From NCBI GenBank assembly GCA_047967505.1, contig CM106538.1: a stretch of DNA of 64,000 nt. One strand, given 5' to 3'. A program made the translations under genes and the position numbers. Below are positions 1-13,077 of the stretch, piece after piece. The notes below the pieces were generated by a model. It saw nothing but the letters and a program-made list of their open reading frames with translations, was not told the DNA's origin and did not search any database. Positions within the stretch are counted from its first letter, which is position 1, and each line of letters opens with the position of its first letter. This stretch comes from Dipteris shenzhenensis. Its lineage: Eukaryota.

Positions 1-3000
1 TACTATCCACATGCCCTGCATAGTCTGAATCTGTGTACCCAAGTACACGCATGTCTCCTTTACCAAAGCAGATGCACATCTCCTTGGTACCCTTCATGTA
101 CCTCATGATGCACTTAACTGCCTCCCAATGCCTCTTTCTTGGATTAGCCATATATCGGCTAACAACTCCCACTGCAAATGCAATGTCTGGTCTAGTAGCT
201 ATCATAGCATACATAAGACTCCCAACTGCTGATGCATAAGGAACCTTGGCCATCATGGCCCTCTCCTCATCTGATTTGGGACTATCTGTATGACTCAGTT
301 TCACATATGGAGGCAATGGAGTACTCACTGCCTTCCCCCCCTCCATATTGAAACGCTGCAATACTTTTGTAACATACTCTTTTTGTGAAAGCCAAAGGAG
401 TTTCCTACTCCGATCACGCGTGATGTGCATACCAAGAATATGACCTGCAAGTCCCAAATCCTTCATATCAAAGGCCTCATGCAACTTGGCCTTTAATGCA
501 TCTAGCTCATAAGTATTCTTGCTAGCCAATAGCATATCATCCACATATAGTGCCAAGATTATCAAGCTACTATCCTGAGCCCTTTTAGTGTAGAGGCAGT
601 GATCAATTTCACTCCTTCTAAAACCCTGGGACCGAATGAAAGCATCAAACTTCTGATACCATTCTCTAGGCGCTTGCTTAAGACCATAGAGACTCTTCTT
701 CAGCTTGCAAACTAAATGCTCTTTGCCCTTTTCTTCAAAGCCTTCCGGCTGCACCATGTAAATTTCCTCATGCAAATCCCCATGCAAGAAAGCTGTCTTG
801 ACATCCATCTGCATAAGCTCCATATCCTCTGCTGCCACTAGTCCAAGCATGCATCTAAGTGTGGTCATCTTCACAACTGGAGAGAATATCTCATCAAAGT
901 CCACACCCTTCTCTTGCTTGAACCCTTTAGCAACCAAATGGGCCTTGTACCTAGGCACATCATCACCTGTGACCTTCATTTTGTAGACCCATTTACATGG
1001 CAATGCTTTGTTTCCATGTGGCAAAGAAACCAAGTCCCAAGTCTTATTCTTCATAAGTGAACTCATCTCTGATTGCATAGCATACTCCCACTTGCGTTGA
1101 TCCTCATGCATCATAGCCTCTTTGTAGCAAGAAGGCTCCCCGCAATCAGTAAGCATCACATAGTCTACTCCTGGAACAAACCTATCAGGCGGTCTAGACA
1201 CTCTAGATGATCTTCTCAAGGGCATTTCAGCTTGTTGTCCCACTTGCATATCAGCCACATTTGGCTCATCATTTCCACCAATAGATGATCCATCATCTAC
1301 CCTTGATTGTATACCTGTGGGAGTACTTGGTTGTACCATTTCTTGCACATTTGGTGCATGGACAGCTTGCTGTCTATCAACATATGCAGGTGGATTCACA
1401 TCCTGGAAAGTGATTCTCCTCATTTCCACATCCCTCATGGGTGCCTTATGCATCTTCTTCTCATTGAAGACCACATCATGGCTGCGTATGATCTTCTTTG
1501 CTTCTGGATCCCAGAGACGATAGCCCATCTCTCCACTTTCACCATAACCCAGAAAGATGCATTTCCTAGACTTAGGATCTAGCTTCTTTCGAAGCTCTTT
1601 TGGCACATGTGCATATGCCTCACACCCAAATATACGCAAATGAGAGTAAGAGGGCTTCTTGCCACTCCATGCCTCTTCAGGAATACCACCATCCAAACTC
1701 TTACTAGGTGATCTATTGATCACATGCACTGCAGTCTTCATTGCCTCAGCCCAAAAACCACCAGAAAGACTTGCATTGGAAAGCATGCATTGCAGCCTTT
1801 CTTGAATGGTAGATTCATCTTTTCTCTGCAACTGGATTTTGCTCTGGAGTACGAGGGGATGTGAGCTCCCTCTTAATCCCACGTGTATCACAGAAATGCT
1901 GAAAGTCATGAGAGAGATACTCTCCACCATTATCAGTCCGTAGGCATTTAAGCGTTCTACCTGACTGATTCTCAAGCCATTTCTGAAATACCTGGAACAC
2001 ATCACTCTTCCGAGCTATAGCATAAGCCCACACTTTCCTAGTTGCATCATCAATGAATGTCACATAGTATTCAGCCCCGCCTAATGACCGTGTAGGCATG
2101 GGACCACATACGTCTAAATGCACCAACTCAAGCTTTTCAAACTCTTTCTTTCCCCTTCTTTTATGGGCTGATTTAGTCTGCTTCCCATAGAGACAATGCT
2201 CACAAAATTCAAAATCAGAGAAACTCAAATGCGGTACATAACCCAAACGGCATAAGAGTTTCATTCCATTCTGGCTCATGTGCCCCAACCTGCAATGCCA
2301 CAAAGAAGTGCTTGGCTGCTCGGTTATTGCAACAACATGATCAAATACCCCTGATACATGTAAGGGATACAAAGTCCCACACTTGGCACCCCTGGCCAAA
2401 AGCATAGAGCCCTTCTGAATTTTCCAACTCTGAAAGCCAAAAGTGGTGTGAAAACCAGCATCATCTAGCAGACCCACTGAAATAAGACTCTTGGTCAGCT
2501 TAGGCACACGTCTCACATGTTTCAAAACAAATGCAGACCCATTTGCAAAAGAAAACTTTATGTCACCTGCTCCCACTATGTCACATGCATAGTCATTTCC
2601 AAGATGTACACAACCTGTCTTTCCACTGTCGTAAGTGGAGAACCATTCCCAATGGGGAGTAACATGGAATGAAGCACCAGAATCCAAAATCCAATCCTGG
2701 GAATATGCATCATCTGAAGTGGTAAGCAACTCTGTAAACTAGACATGAAGAGAACATCATTGTCACTATCATGTGTGACTGCATTGATCTCCTCGATCTT
2801 CACTTTTCCTTTGTCCTCCCTTGGACTCTCTTCCTTTTGATTTGCACCCCAATTTGCATTCTTTTTCTTATCCTTTTGCTCTCTTTTCAGCTTGTAGCAA
2901 TCCTTTTTCATATGGCCCTTCTTGCCACAATGGTAACACTCAATGTTCCGTGCCCTGGATTTGCTACGAGACTTCCCTCTTTCTTGGGACTTCCCCCTGA

Positions 3001-3730
3001 ACTGTGATCTGCCCCTTTGCACATTTAAGGCTGCATCCTGCTTGTTGCCATCCATAGACTTCCGTCTAATCTCCTCGGCCAACAAGCTACCCACAACATC
3101 ATCAAATTTCAGTACTCCACCAGGTGCAGAGTTACTGACAGCTGTACAGAAGGTATCCCATGAGGATGGCAATGAACATAAGAGAAATATTGCCTTAGCC
3201 TCCGCATCAAAATTCATTTTCTGAGCCTGAAGTTGGCTGAAAATAATATTGAATTCATTCAAGTGAGAAGCAATGGAGACCCCTTCCTTCATCCGCATCA
3301 AAATTCATTTTCTGAGCCTGAAGTTGGCTGAAAATAATATTGAATTCATTCAAGTGAGAAGCAATGGAGACCCCTTCCTTCATCTGCAGCTCAAACAACC
3401 TCTTCATGAGGTAAACTTTATTAGAGGCAGTTTCCTTCTCATAAGTGGCACACAGTTTCTTCCACAAATCTTCAGTAGTCTGCTCATTTACTACTGTGAA
3501 ATAAATTGACTCTGTAAGATGAAGTCTTATAGTAGACTTTGCTAATGCATCCAACTCATTCCAATCATCCTCAGACATATTTGCAGGCTTAGCTTCAATC
3601 CCTGCCAAGGGTTTAATCTGCTTCTTTTGAATAAGCACATCCCTTATTTGTTCTTTCCACAAAGAAAAGTTTGTCCCATCAAACTTTTTAATGTTGAAAA
3701 ACTCCTTTTCAGACATGGAAGGGATGCCAT
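1..3730 (-). pseudogene. Disrupted copia gag-pol of family A copy 1
   Basis: Colinear with ORF 54784-58847 but broken by a 91-bp tandem duplication (3201-3382), frameshifts near 2735 and 1815, and a 9-bp deletion (WLALVEN to WLEN). Confidence 0.9.
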
Positions 3731-5155
3731 GATGCAAATAAAGCAAAATCCCAAATGCTAGTACCTGCAAGAGAGAATCACACCAAATACTAGGTGCACC
3801 CAAATGTGTATGCCACAATAGAGTGAAATATCACCAAAACTCAAAGCTCAAAGCATCAAAAGATGCATCTGACTCATGTGCATATACTATGCATCCATAT
3901 GAGCAAATCTGGCCCAAAAGAAAATGCCAATAAGTGCCAAATGACTCAAGCATAAACACCGTCCACTGGCATATGCATCAATTATATTTCATCCAAGAGA
4001 GCATAGCACTATCAGTGCATCACCAACAATGTGTCAAAGCTATCCCTCAGCATAAAATAGCATCCATGTACAAAGCGTCCATAAAAAATAGCATCCCACA
4101 AGGCAATTTGGGCCTATCAGCGCATCCAACAAGGACCGCAATGCATCCAAATGGCCTATAAATCATCCATTGCAACCCAATGCATACCACGAATGAGCGC
4201 ACACTGCTCAAACTGCAACCAGAGTGATCTGCATAAGGTATGCTCAAGAAATCATAGTCCCACGGTAATGAGCGCTACTGAAAATAGAACCTGAGATGCT
4301 TCAAAACATGGGCGCCATTGCATAATCGGACTCAGCAAGAAAATCTGCAAATATCTCTCTTCTGCCAGAACTCCAAAATCCCAACCGATGAGTGAGAAAT
4401 GGGAGTCAACACTTATCCACTGCCATGTGGCATAAATCTAAGGTTTCAAAACCTTAGTATGAAAAATGCATAACAGAGAGACGAAATCGAATACACAGAG
4501 ATTTATAACTCTGAAAATCCTCCACCGAATCGCGCAAGAACTGATAGGTAGGGGTTTTTGGGCGTCCGGAACGTAATGGGACAGACGGTTTTGGAAACCG
4601 TGGTCTCAATCACTGGGTCCAACACACGGACTGAAAAATGTTTTTTGAAACAGAGCTGTTTGTAAACTCCACCGGAGTACGAATGATGAGCAACATAGAA
4701 GTTTTAGGACCTCTTGAGTCCACCGGAACTGACAGATCTGCAAATGGTTGCTCCAAACTTGAGTTCTAACACCCGGGCAAAAAACGCAGGAACTGACACA
4801 GTGACTCAGAAATCCACTGAAATGATCCCAGATTCAAGAATGAAGGTGTTTCCAAGCTCCTGAAGTAATGTGGACACCAAAAGCAAGCAATAGTTGCCTC
4901 TACAAGTCAATACGGAGTCTCTGTCATCGAACGGAACAGGAAAAAGCTCAAAAAACGACTTTTTCTTTAAAAGCTCTTAACAGGCTCTCAAAACCACTTC
5001 ACAAAGCCAAAGTGACTTTTCCAAAGGTTCCTCCAAGGTCTCTGCACACTCGGATGCAAGTAAAGTCACCCACAAAGCTTCCCACAAAGCTTCTCCTTCC
5101 TCCCACAGAGCTACTGAGCTTCAAGCATTCACGCACGCTTAGCTAGATCACCCGG

Positions 5156-5167
5156 GCTCTGATACCA
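5156..5167 (-). promoter_or_regulatory. Primer-binding site (tRNA-iMet type)
   Basis: Reverse complement reads TGGTATCAGAGC, 2 nt from the LTR end. Confidence 0.92.
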
Positions 5168-5169
5168 GT

Positions 5170-5341
5170 TGAGAGTGCTCTCAACGGAAGCAAGAACAGA
5201 CGAAGGAGAGAGAGAGAGACAGAGAGCCACACAAGTTTGGTGGGTGCAGAACCACCCTAATCTTCTTTTTCATTCATTTATATATGTGTTTGAGTATTGT
5301 ACATAACCGGGGTTAAGGCACAGTGACCTTTAACCCCCACA
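5170..5341 (-). repeat. 5' LTR of copia A copy 1 (172 bp)
   Basis: TG...CA termini; matches the LTRs at 53175-53355 and 58901-59081 apart from the CT-repeat tract and a few substitutions. Confidence 0.92.
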
Positions 5342-7884
5342 TTTCTCATTTAAAAGTTTTTGGTTGCATTGCCTATGTTCATGTGCTAGATGAGTTGAGA
5401 TCCAAGTTGGATCCAAAAGTTGAGAAGTGCATCTTTATTGGTTATTCTTTGCAGCAAAAAGGGTATAAATGCTATAACCCTTCTACTCCTAAGTTCATAG
5501 TGAGTAGAGATGTTGTTTTTGATGAAATGAGCAGTTGGTATAAACCAGTAAATGTAATTGATGACGTAGATGCACAAAATGGTAATGCTGCACATAATTC
5601 ACAACAGCAATCACAAAATATTAGTGGACCTGTAGTGTCCTCTAGCAGTGGTTCACATACTTTTCCATGGACAAGCAAATTGAGATCAAGAGGATCTCCT
5701 CAAAGCAATGTAGACAGTGGTGTGCAAGTATCACGAAAAGGAAAAGAGAAAGTAGATCAGCCCATGGTTGATGTGAATGCAGGTCACTCTTATGTGGATG
5801 GTGAATCCAGTGGCTCTGAACAGAGGCTTAATGATGAGTTGCGTATTCCTTCTATTGTTACACTTGGAGTAAGAAAGATTTTGAGAGCACTTGGTAGTGA
5901 GCCTATTTTGCGCAGGTCTACCAGAGTTAAGCATCATGTGGATAGAGTGAAATATGATGGATTTACAGCCATTCACTATGCCTATATGGTCAAAGTGATA
6001 CATGGACCAGAACCCACTTCTTTTGGGCAAGCCATGGGAAAAGAAAAATGGGAGAAAGCCATGGATGCTTTGGAAGCAAATGCTACAAGGGAATTGGTGC
6101 CTTTGCCTAGAGACAAGAATGCAATTGGCTGCAAGTGGGTTTATAAGGTGAAGCACAATGCAGATGGTTCTGTGAACATCTTACAAGGCAAGCTTAGTTT
6201 TCAAGGGGTATGCACAGACATATGGCATTGATTATGAAAAAACATTCAGCTCGTTGCAAGGATGGCAACCGTAAGAGTAGTCATTGCTATGGTTGCATCA
6301 AAGGGATGGTCTTTACATCAAATGGATGTAAAGAATGCCTTCTTGCATGGTGATTTGCAAGAAGAGGTCTATATGGAGCAGCCACCAGGTTATGTTCATG
6401 CTGTTCATCCTAAGTTTGTTTGCAGGTTGAAGAAAGCCTTGTATGGCTTGAAGTAAGCTGGTCTGACAAGATAGGACAGTATCTTGTCACTATTGGCTTT
6501 TAGATTTCCAAGGCATATTTCTCACTTTATGTGAGAAAAACAGAGAAAGGTATTATGTTGCTTGTCATTTATGTTGATGATTTGATCATCACAGGTGATA
6601 GTGATGAAGATATCCTTCATGTGAAAATGCTATTGAAGCAGAAGTTTGAGATGAAGGATTCTGGAGAGCTACGTTACTTCTTGGGCATTGAGGTGACTAG
6701 ATCCACAAGTGGGATATGGCTCTTGCAGAGGCAGTATGGATTGGACATGCTGTCCAAATATGGGATGACAGGTTGTAAGCCTATTTCAGTTCCTTTGGAG
6801 TAGAATGTGAAGCTGAGCGTAGATGTAGGTGAGCTTCTGGAAGACCGTACTATGTACAGATGCATAGTAGGAAGTTTGATTTATATGACTATTACCAGAT
6901 TTGAGCTATGCTGTTGGGTTGGTAAGTCAGTTTATGCAAGCTCCAAGGAAACTGCATTTGGATGCGGCTAGACACATACTGAGGTATGTGAAGTCCACAT
7001 TGTAGTATGGGCTATTTTATGAGATTGGGGTTCAGATACAATTGCATGGATACACTAATGCTGATTGGGCTGCTAATATTTCTGATAGACGATCTACAAG
7101 TGGATATATGTTCTCTTTTGGGAGTGCTGCAGTCACTTGGAGGAGCAAGAAATAGCCTATAGTTGCCTTGTCGAGCACAGAGGCTGAGTACAAGGGTGTA
7201 GCAATGGCTGCATGTGAGGTAGCTTGGTTGCATAAGCTACTTTATGATATGCATCAGTCTACAGATGGGCCGGTTGTCATTTATTATGACAACATGAGTA
7301 GTATACACTTGGCAAATAACCCAGTCTATCATGCTAGAACAAAGCACATTGAGGTGCATTATCACTATGTGCAGGAGAAGGTTCTAGTAGGTTTTATTGA
7401 TCTAGTTTATGTCAACACAGAGGATCAGGTAGCTGACATATTCACGAAGGCATTGGGCGCAGAGAAGCTATGCATGTTCAGAGACCTGCTTGGTGTGCAG
7501 GAATTGGGATTGAGCTCGAGGGGGAGTGTTGAGATATCGAGCTCCACTCGTGGTATGCCAGGGTGACCGTTGTGCATTTATATCACCGACTTGTTGGCTG
7601 CAGATGCGATTGGTACACCGCCCATGAATAATAGCTGGATGACAACTATCCTTATGTACTCTAGTTAGTGGCTCAAATAGTATGCCACCTTAGTTAGCTG
7701 AGTTTGGTTTGAGACCCACATATAGGGTTCACCTATTCCTTTTGTACTTAGAAAGAGTTCTTTTGGCTTTCACAACTAAGGAGAGGAAAAGTGTTTTTAG
7801 CCTCCACCTTTGTGCGTATTCCCCCATTGTGTATGTGAGACAGCTGCAAGTGAGACTCCTTACTTCTCTCCCACTCTCTTCACA
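5342..7884 (+). mobile_element. Ty1/copia family B copy 1, 3' half (integrase C-term, RT, RNase H, PPT, 3' LTR), degenerate
   Basis: [30 protein letters not shown] and ARTKHIEVHYH motifs with stops and frameshifts; PPT GAGGGGGAG precedes the LTR at 7527. Confidence 0.93.
7527..7884 (+). repeat. 3' LTR of copia B copy 1
   Basis: TGTTGAGATATCGAGCTCC...CTCTTCACA; homologous to 27302-27656, 50962-51312 and 62714-63065. Confidence 0.9.
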
Positions 7885-9813
7885 ACTACCTCAAATCTTT
7901 TGTAGTGTTCTCAATTTTAGATCCTGCCTGTACTATAGTACTATGTTGCTTGATTCTCTAACACGAGATTGGCTAATCAAGCTCTTGAGGTTGCATTTAG
8001 CTATTGTTGAACATACAAAGTGATTGTATTTTCTTTTTATTTCAAAACTTCCTTTTTTCCAATGAAAAAAAGAAAGAATACTTTCATCCATTCTCTAAGT
8101 GCATAAAGCCTACTTAAACACTCAATCTACAATTGTCCCATGTTAATGAATATTTTCATCCATTCTGTAAGTGCATAAAGCCTACTTGAACTCTCACTTA
8201 ACAATTGTAAAAACATATTACTTTAGATAAACAAAACCAATTAAACTTGATCATGAGCACACGCAAGCTATTGTCTATGTTTGGACTTGGTTTCTCTTTG
8301 AGAAGCTTATATTAAATTTCAAGAGTTTGGAATTTGAGTCTGCATGGCATGCCAACTAACTTGATATGTAGGTTGTCAACCATGCAATCTACTTTTCGAT
8401 TTTTACTACTGGTTTGCAGGCACATACTAGTTTTCTAAGTCCAATATTTCTTATGATTTGTGTTCAAGCTAAATCCAAAAGTGTTCTAGAATTGTATTAT
8501 TAGCAAGTGTCATGGGATGCTTGAATAAGGCATGTACATGCAATATTCTTCAATTCCTTCAAATATGGAAAGCCTTTAAAGCTTTCATTTACTTTGAAGC
8601 TTGACCTAATTTTCACATGCAACCTTTTTGCTTCAAAGCCTTCACAGGATAAATTGTAATATTCGAAATAAAGGGGATAAAGAAACTAGGCATTGGTTAA
8701 ATGGACAAATGTGTATGGTCTTTATATCTTTAGTGTCATTCTATTTTATGAGATAGCAAAGGAACTTTAAGAGTGCTCTCCAAAGGGATACTTTGGGCAT
8801 GAAAACTTTGATTAGCCGAGCACGTTAATCACCCTATGTATCTTAGGTTTCATTTGGTAGGTTGTTAGAGGAATTCCCTTCTTACAATATCTGGGGTTGA
8901 ACTCTACCTCTTTCAATTCAAAATAAAGGCATAGGTGGATGTATGGCATGCTAACTCATTGAATGAGTATGCTAACAATAGTTGTCAAAGATGGAGTGAA
9001 GAATGAGGGTCTTTACAGACTACCAGAAACTGCCCAAAGAGTGCCCATTGTTGGGGCACTTAATAAATGGGATGGGTGGGTTGGCATGGGCAAAGCTTTT
9101 ACAGATACCCTGCCTACCCCAACACGCATACCAAATTTGAACAGCTCATTTATTGGGCATCCATGGGCAGTGGGCACATTCAACCAGGGAGAAGAGTGTG
9201 ATGAGCGGTGTGCAAAGTCCTCAGTACGCGCCATTGGGTTTTTTTTCCCTCCCTCATGACACTCCCCCTACCCTGTTAACCCCGCTCAAACACTCATCTG
9301 GCAAGGCGGGGCATTTTGTGGGCAAACGGGCGGGGGCATGGGACACTAGGCCAGGGGTCTACCGCGATGGTGGTATGTATGGCATGTGTAAAGACTCTCG
9401 TGAGGAGGGGAGTCGTCCCGAAAGACATTCCAAGAGAATCGGAAATCGGGGCGCCCATTCAGGAAATGCTGGAGGATGATTGGTAAAAATCTTGAAATGC
9501 GATAGCTGAGAACCAATCCGCAGCTTTCTGGCTCCAACGATTTCCAAACAACAATTGGGTCTCCGAGCTTGCAGCAATTTCTGCATGAATCAATCCATCG
9601 GTGGCCGACACAAGACGATGCATCTCTTACGAGTTTCAAGTGAGGATTCAGAACTTCGCTCAGTGACTGAACGACATTTGTCCGAGCAGTGAGGAGATCA
9701 AGAGTTTGTTTCCGTTTGGAGCTTGACTTTCCAACTAACATACAATATAGACCGAGTTCTGTTGAATTGGCAATCGAGAGACGTTTGTTGGGCGAATTGT
9801 TGATTTACAGAAC

Positions 9814-10125
9814 ATGGGTCTCGCTGCTCGCAAATCGCGGTTTGCAACTCTGGTGGTTGCCGATTTTGCCATGGCTTTCTTGTGGGTTTTTTCCAACGCG
9901 GTTCTGCGGGTTTTTGCGGATTTGGCAGCGTCTCACCTCGGAATTTATGGCACTGCTAGGCAGATTATCAAGCGATCAGTCGTGATTGGTCTCCTCTTCA
10001 TCTTCTACTCGCTCGGTAAAGCCACCGGCGGAGCGAGCTATAATCCAGTGACTGTCATCGCTTATGTTGTTGCCAAGATCACCGAGATTCCGCTTTACAT
10101 CCTTACATTCCGCCTTCCAGCACAG
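9814..10125 (+). CDS. SIP: SIP aquaporin (small basic intrinsic protein, MIP family), exon 1
   Basis: MGLAARKSRF...GGASYNPV...FRLPAQ; hydrophobic helices, first NPA box as NPV, GT donor at 10126 after RLPAQ. Confidence 0.9.
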
Positions 10126-10631
10126 GTCTTGTCTTCTATCGCTCATATCTATTCATCTCTATCTTCCTATGACAGCAGTTTATTATTTTGAACATGCCAT
10201 TTGTGTGCTGGGCCTCACCGACTAAAGAAACTCTTTATTCTGTGTGGAAGCACTTTTTCTTCGCGCATCCGAAGCCATAGCTTGCTGGCAGAATATGCTG
10301 TGTTGAATGCAAAAAGCCTTTACCGTTTTCACTGTGGATTTAACGACGATGCCATGAGAAAGTAAAAATACTGGTTTTTACGACATTGAATCCACCCTCT
10401 CTTTTCCCCCGGAGAAGCCGCAGTCCACTTTTATCTTAAAATCTCTGGTCTAGCTTCGAAGAATTTCACGGGGAAAATTGAGGGATGATGCCATATTTGG
10501 GGAGTGAAAGCTGCAGACTGATTTAGTTATCTTTTGAAGTCAGAATGTACTTGAAGTCATAACTTTTTATGCTCGCAATGTAGGTAACCACCATATTTCA
10601 CCTACTGTGTCTTAACGTGCAATGCTGACAG

Positions 10632-10904
10632 GTCATTGGAGCTGTTGGAGGTGCTTTTGCTGCTGTTGCATGCATGCCTGATATATACAAACCTTTTGTC
10701 ACAGGACCATATCTCCGTGTAGACCCTCATACTGGTGCGATGGCTGAAGGAATTCTCACTTTTGCAGTTGTTTTTATTGTCCTTCTAGCAAATCTGAAAG
10801 GACCAAAGAGCGGAATTCAAAGGACTTGGATTACTAGCCTTTCAAGGGTCTCCCTCAGCATCTTTGGCACTGAATACACTGGCCCAGCTATGAATCCTGC
10901 TAAC
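10632..10904 (+). CDS. SIP: SIP aquaporin exon 2
   Basis: AG acceptor at 10630-10631; VIGAVGGA...HTGAMAEGILTF...YTGPAMNPAN; GT donor at 10905; phase-0 joins. Confidence 0.9.
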
Positions 10905-11160
10905 GTCTCTCTCTCTCTCTCTTTCTATCTTGCTTTACCCTTGCCTATGTTTGTGAGAACTTTTTTTTTCCAAAAATGTTTGTGAGAACTTTTGAAAACG
11001 CAGGAGGATAAATCTCAAAGTTTAATATTTTGTTGTCTATGCAATAAGCAAGTTTCCTTACACACTAAGTGAACTTGTCAGGCATATATCATTTTCAATA
11101 TTTAGAGAGGGAGATGGCAATTAGTTTCTCTTTGATTAATCAGACGCTTCTGTAATACAG

Positions 11161-11310
11161 GCATTTGGATGGGCCTTCCTAAAAAACCAGCACAATACTT
11201 GGGAGCACTTGTATGTGTACTGGCTAACTCCAATCTTAGCAACAATTGGTGCTGCATGGACAGTCCGCACTGTTTTGGCTCCTACAGAAGTGAAGGAAAA
11301 GGAAAGCTAG
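11161..11310 (+). CDS. SIP: SIP aquaporin exon 3 (spliced protein 244 aa)
   Basis: TACAG acceptor; AFGWAFLKNQHNTWEHLYVYWLTP...EVKEKES*; C-terminal KxKxx. Confidence 0.9.
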   Translation, partial: AFGWAFLKNQHNTWEHLYVYWLTPILATIGAAWTVRTVLAPTEVKEKES

Positions 11311-12734
11311 AGTTTCTCTTCAGTGTGTTATATATTGTGCAATACATACAAACTCATCAAGCACTGACATGAGCGCAAAAATGTCACCATGGCTGATATC
11401 TCCAATGAATTGAATTTTTGCTGCCTTTGGATTATTTTATGTCCAGTCATTGATAGCAGCAGTGACTTCTAAGGAGGAATGTTGACTCTGATGGCTCGCC
11501 TGCCATGTGCTTTTTTGTAGCATGTAGCTACTTTCACTCAGAAATTGACTTTTTACAATTTCAAGAAGCAAGAGACACGTTAGTTTATATCTTCTCAGGA
11601 TCGTTTCAAAACCATTGTTTTTGTTTGCTGCTAGAAAGAACAAACATGATTCAAGCTTTATGCTTGCAATTTTTACTGTAAATGACTTTCCCATGAGGAC
11701 GGTATGGCTAGGTGATTAACAAATATGCCATGTGCCACCTAGAGTACTAGCCATCCTATAAGGGGATAGTGAGAAGCCCTTTCTTATATGGATTTGAACA
11801 GGCACAATGAATTGACTTTTCTTACAATTCTTGTGATTTAGCAAAAATCTGTTCTGTGCTAGATCAAGTGACTATTCAGGGTTTCCCCACCTTTCAAATA
11901 TGTAAGTATCATCATGATCGGATGGATTGATTTTCATTCTAAGGTACTCAATTGGTATACTTGAAAAATGTCTGGCTGAGCAGTGAGAACTCCATCTTCT
12001 ACTCTGAGTGAGCCATGAGGTGCCTATGGTCTACAAGGACACAATTGTATGCAAACAGCTGCTCCACTTCAGGCATTCTGTATATGCCTTTGTGACACTG
12101 GTGTTGGTTCTGGAACCCTTGAGTTTAGGTTCCAGGCAAAGGTGCCCACCCTTTACAGGTCAACTGTCATTGCCCATGTGTTCGAGATATGAGCTAACTT
12201 TGTGCCACTACCTGTTTTTCTTGGGCCAGCTTTAGATTTGCTGTGGCCTTGCAGAAAACAATTCTGCATAAAGATTAGCATGGTGTCTTACGGAGGGTTT
12301 AGGGTTTGGACTCGAAGATCACCACCCTGAGTGTTGGAGATAGATTATGTAGCACATTCTGAGAGTATAGCAGGCTGAATGATGTGTTGCCAAAGAAACT
12401 GTCTCTGATTAACTTCATTGACAGATACTCGATGGGCAACCTACACCAGAAGGATAGGACCTAAATTAAAGGCAAAGAGCAGTTGATCATGAAGTGCATG
12501 CCTCATGCTTGTAATTCTTAGCCTATACCTCCGATCTAGAATGTGTTTTCCCATCTGTCTTCACGGTCTTCTTGGTGAGTCCCAACTACCCATATAAGGC
12601 TTGGCAATCATGTAGGCTTTTAAATTGTCCATGGTCATGTGGGGTGGTTATTCTTTGGAACGCCATCTTTTTCATACTATGTTTATGGGGCTGAACCTCA
12701 TCTTTCAACACAATGTCTTCTTCCCTTTGTTGTT

Positions 12735-13077
12735 TTGGATTATGATAGGTGCATCTAATTGTTCCATAGCCATAGTTATCCACCACACGTGATGTCCCAT
12801 TTCTTGAAGCGTGTCCTTTGGCAAGCTATGCTTTGTTGTCTTCCAAAGCCTAGGCACTTATTTGGTGCAACACTTCACAAATGCGTCTCCTCTAGCCCTT
12901 AGTTTGTGTTGGATTATGATAGGTGCATCTAATTGTTCCATAGCCATAGTTATCCATCACATGTGATGTCCCATTTCTTGAAGCATTCCATTGGCAAGCT
13001 ATGCTTTGTTGTCTCCCAAAGCCTAGGCACTTATTTGGTGCAACACTTCACAAATGCGTCTCCTCTTGCCCTTAGTT
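12735..13077. repeat. Tandem duplication, ~174-bp period, 2 copies
   Basis: TTGGATTATGATAGGTGCATCTAATTG...CCCTTAGTT starts at 12735 and again at 12909, with few substitutions. Confidence 0.9.

Larger units (their letters stand above)
1..5341 (-). mobile_element. Ty1/copia LTR retrotransposon, family A copy 1 (3' end outside window), nested in a family-B copia
   Basis: Minus-strand gag (CYHCGKKGHMKKDC), protease (WILDSGAS), integrase (TFIDDATR, RTDNGGEY) and RT. PBS at 5156-5167 and LTR at 5170-5341. Near-identical to the element at 53175-59081 in the opposite orientation. Confidence 0.95.

Noticed and set aside
33-1582. Short plus-strand ORFs (and similar antisense ORFs over other copia/gypsy copies)
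   Set aside because: They are antisense shadows of pol; their recurrence reflects element copy number.
8765-9350. Possible Tourist-like MITE remnants in the SIP promoter
   Set aside because: Only short inverted motifs (AGTGCCC...GGGCACT); no convincing TIR pair with TSD.
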